Positions 1-236 of a stretch of DNA of 236 bases are shown piece after piece; position 1 is the first letter of the stretch, and the number at the start of each line of letters is the position of its first letter. The notes beneath the pieces are model-generated. The model made no database searches and was not told the origin of the DNA. It saw nothing but the letters and a program-made list of their open reading frames with translations. Origin of the DNA: a phage; the sequence record K01279.1; one strand, 5' to 3'. A program made the position numbers and the translations under genes.

Positions 1-67
1 CACTGTCGGCGAAGGTAAGTTGATGACTCATGATGAACCCTGTTCTATGGCTCCAGATGACAAACAT
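1..67 (-). CDS. insH: IS5 transposase InsH/Ins5A, N-terminal fragment (5' end only; CDS continues leftward out of the window)
   Basis: Minus-strand ORF with ATG at 67-65 translates MFVIWSHRTGFIMSHQLTFADS..., which I recall as the 338-aa annotated form. An internal in-frame ATG at 31-29 gives MSHQLTFADS..., the 326-aa form, and is preceded by an AGGG Shine-Dalgarno-like motif 6 nt upstream. An in-frame stop (TGA, plus-strand 77-79) lies just upstream of the 67-65 start. Which start is used cannot be decided from sequence. Confidence 0.75.
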   Translation of the reverse strand, partial: MFVIWSHRTGFIMSHQLTFADS

Positions 68-99
68 GATCTCACATCAGGGACTTGTTCGCACCTTCC
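68..99 (-). promoter_or_regulatory. Probable transposase promoter / 5' leader region between the terminal inverted repeat and the insH start
   Basis: Inferred from position only: IS transposase promoters usually lie partly within the terminal inverted repeat upstream of the transposase start. No good sigma70 -35/-10 pair could be identified by eye. A GATC (Dam) site at 68-71 abuts the long-form start codon. Confidence 0.3.
84..99. repeat. IS5 16-bp terminal inverted repeat (transposase-proximal end)
   Basis: Plus strand CTTGTTCGCACCTTCC, reverse complement GGAAGGTGCGAACAAG, matching the IS5 terminal repeat as I recall it. The partner repeat at the other end of the element is outside the window. 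Confidence 0.8.
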
Positions 100-103
100 C
101 TAA
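100..103. other. Putative IS5 target site / one copy of the 4-bp target-site duplication (CTAA)
   Basis: CTAA immediately abuts the IS5 terminus and fits the known IS5 target preference (YTAR, typically CTAA/CTAG). The second copy at the other end of the element is not in the window, so the duplication itself is not observed. Confidence 0.45.
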
Positions 104-159
104 GTGATCCCCATGTAATGAATAAAAAGCAGTAATTAATACATCTGTTTCATTTGAAG

Positions 160-202
160 CGCGAAAGCTAAAGTTTTCGCATTTATCGTGAACGCTTTCG
201 CG
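160..202. repeat. Perfect 9-bp inverted repeat CGCGAAAGC (160-168) / GCTTTCGCG (194-202) with a 25-bp spacer, inside a cluster of TTTCG/CGAAA motifs; function unknown
   Basis: Seen directly in the sequence. Further TTTCG-containing copies occur at 174-180 (TTTTCGC) and 203-211 (TTTTTCGTG). Confidence 0.4.
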
Positions 203-236
203 TTTTTCGTGCGCCGCTTCACAGCGGTCACAATAC

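Larger units (their letters stand above)
1..99 (-). mobile_element. IS5 insertion sequence, terminal 99 bp of the transposase-proximal end (partial; element continues beyond the left edge of the window)
   Basis: Recognised from memory of the IS5 sequence. The end carries the 16-bp terminal inverted repeat at 84-99, and the minus strand encodes the characteristic InsH N-terminus MSHQLTFADS. The element stops exactly at 99, followed by a CTAA tetranucleotide typical of IS5 targets. Confidence 0.85.

Noticed and set aside
84-116. Sigma32-like -10 (CCCCATGT, 109-116) with CTTGTT (84-89) as a possible -35, which would be a hybrid IS-end/flank outward promoter
   Set aside because: The spacing is about 19 bp, outside the 13-15 bp typical of sigma32 promoters, and the -35 match is poor. 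IS5 is not known to provide an outward -35 element.
140-160. OmpR-like half-site (reverse complement contains TGAAACA, resembling ompC/ompF OmpR boxes)
   Set aside because: Only a 7-mer match with no tandem repeat arrangement; likely chance in AT-rich DNA.
187-202. CRP-like site CGTGA-N6-TCGCG
   Set aside because: The right half matches the TCACA consensus at only 3 of 5 positions; too weak to call without a PWM score.
212-229. Short hairpin GCCGC-TTCACA-GCGG(T) near the right edge, as a possible intrinsic terminator
   Set aside because: The stem is only 4-5 bp and no T-tract follows on either strand, so it is not a credible Rho-independent terminator.
188-236. Plus-strand GTG-initiated open frame running to the right edge (VNAFAFFVRRFTAVTI...)
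   Set aside because: No Shine-Dalgarno-like sequence upstream, no ATG, only 16 codons visible, and it overlaps the motif cluster that looks regulatory. Insufficient evidence for a gene.
104-236. Identification of the flank as the glpFK upstream region, a known IS5 insertion hotspot at a CTAA site
   Set aside because: The TTCG-rich motifs are suggestive, but I could not find promoter elements at the expected distance from the insertion, and the orientation does not obviously fit what I recall of that system. Left unassigned pending a database search.
1-236. tRNA, rRNA, CRISPR array or other structured RNA gene
   Set aside because: No cloverleaf-compatible sequence and no regularly spaced direct repeats of CRISPR length; the short repeats present are irregular and better explained as protein-binding motifs.

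Overview
This 236-bp window is a junction between the end of an IS5 insertion sequence and flanking DNA; I see no evidence of a novel system, and the window is too short to support one. Positions 1-99 are the transposase-proximal end of IS5, recognised from memory of the IS5 sequence (no search was possible). The 16-bp terminal inverted repeat is at 84-99 (reverse complement GGAAGGTGCGAACAAG), and the minus strand encodes the start of the transposase InsH (MSHQLTFADSE...), which runs off the left edge. Positions 100-103 (CTAA) fit the IS5 target-site preference and are the presumptive target-site duplication. Positions 104-236 are flanking DNA of unknown identity that looks intergenic and regulatory: an AT-rich block followed by a cluster of TTTCG/CGAAA motifs including a perfect 9-bp inverted repeat. 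There is no convincing plus-strand gene, tRNA, CRISPR array or intrinsic terminator.
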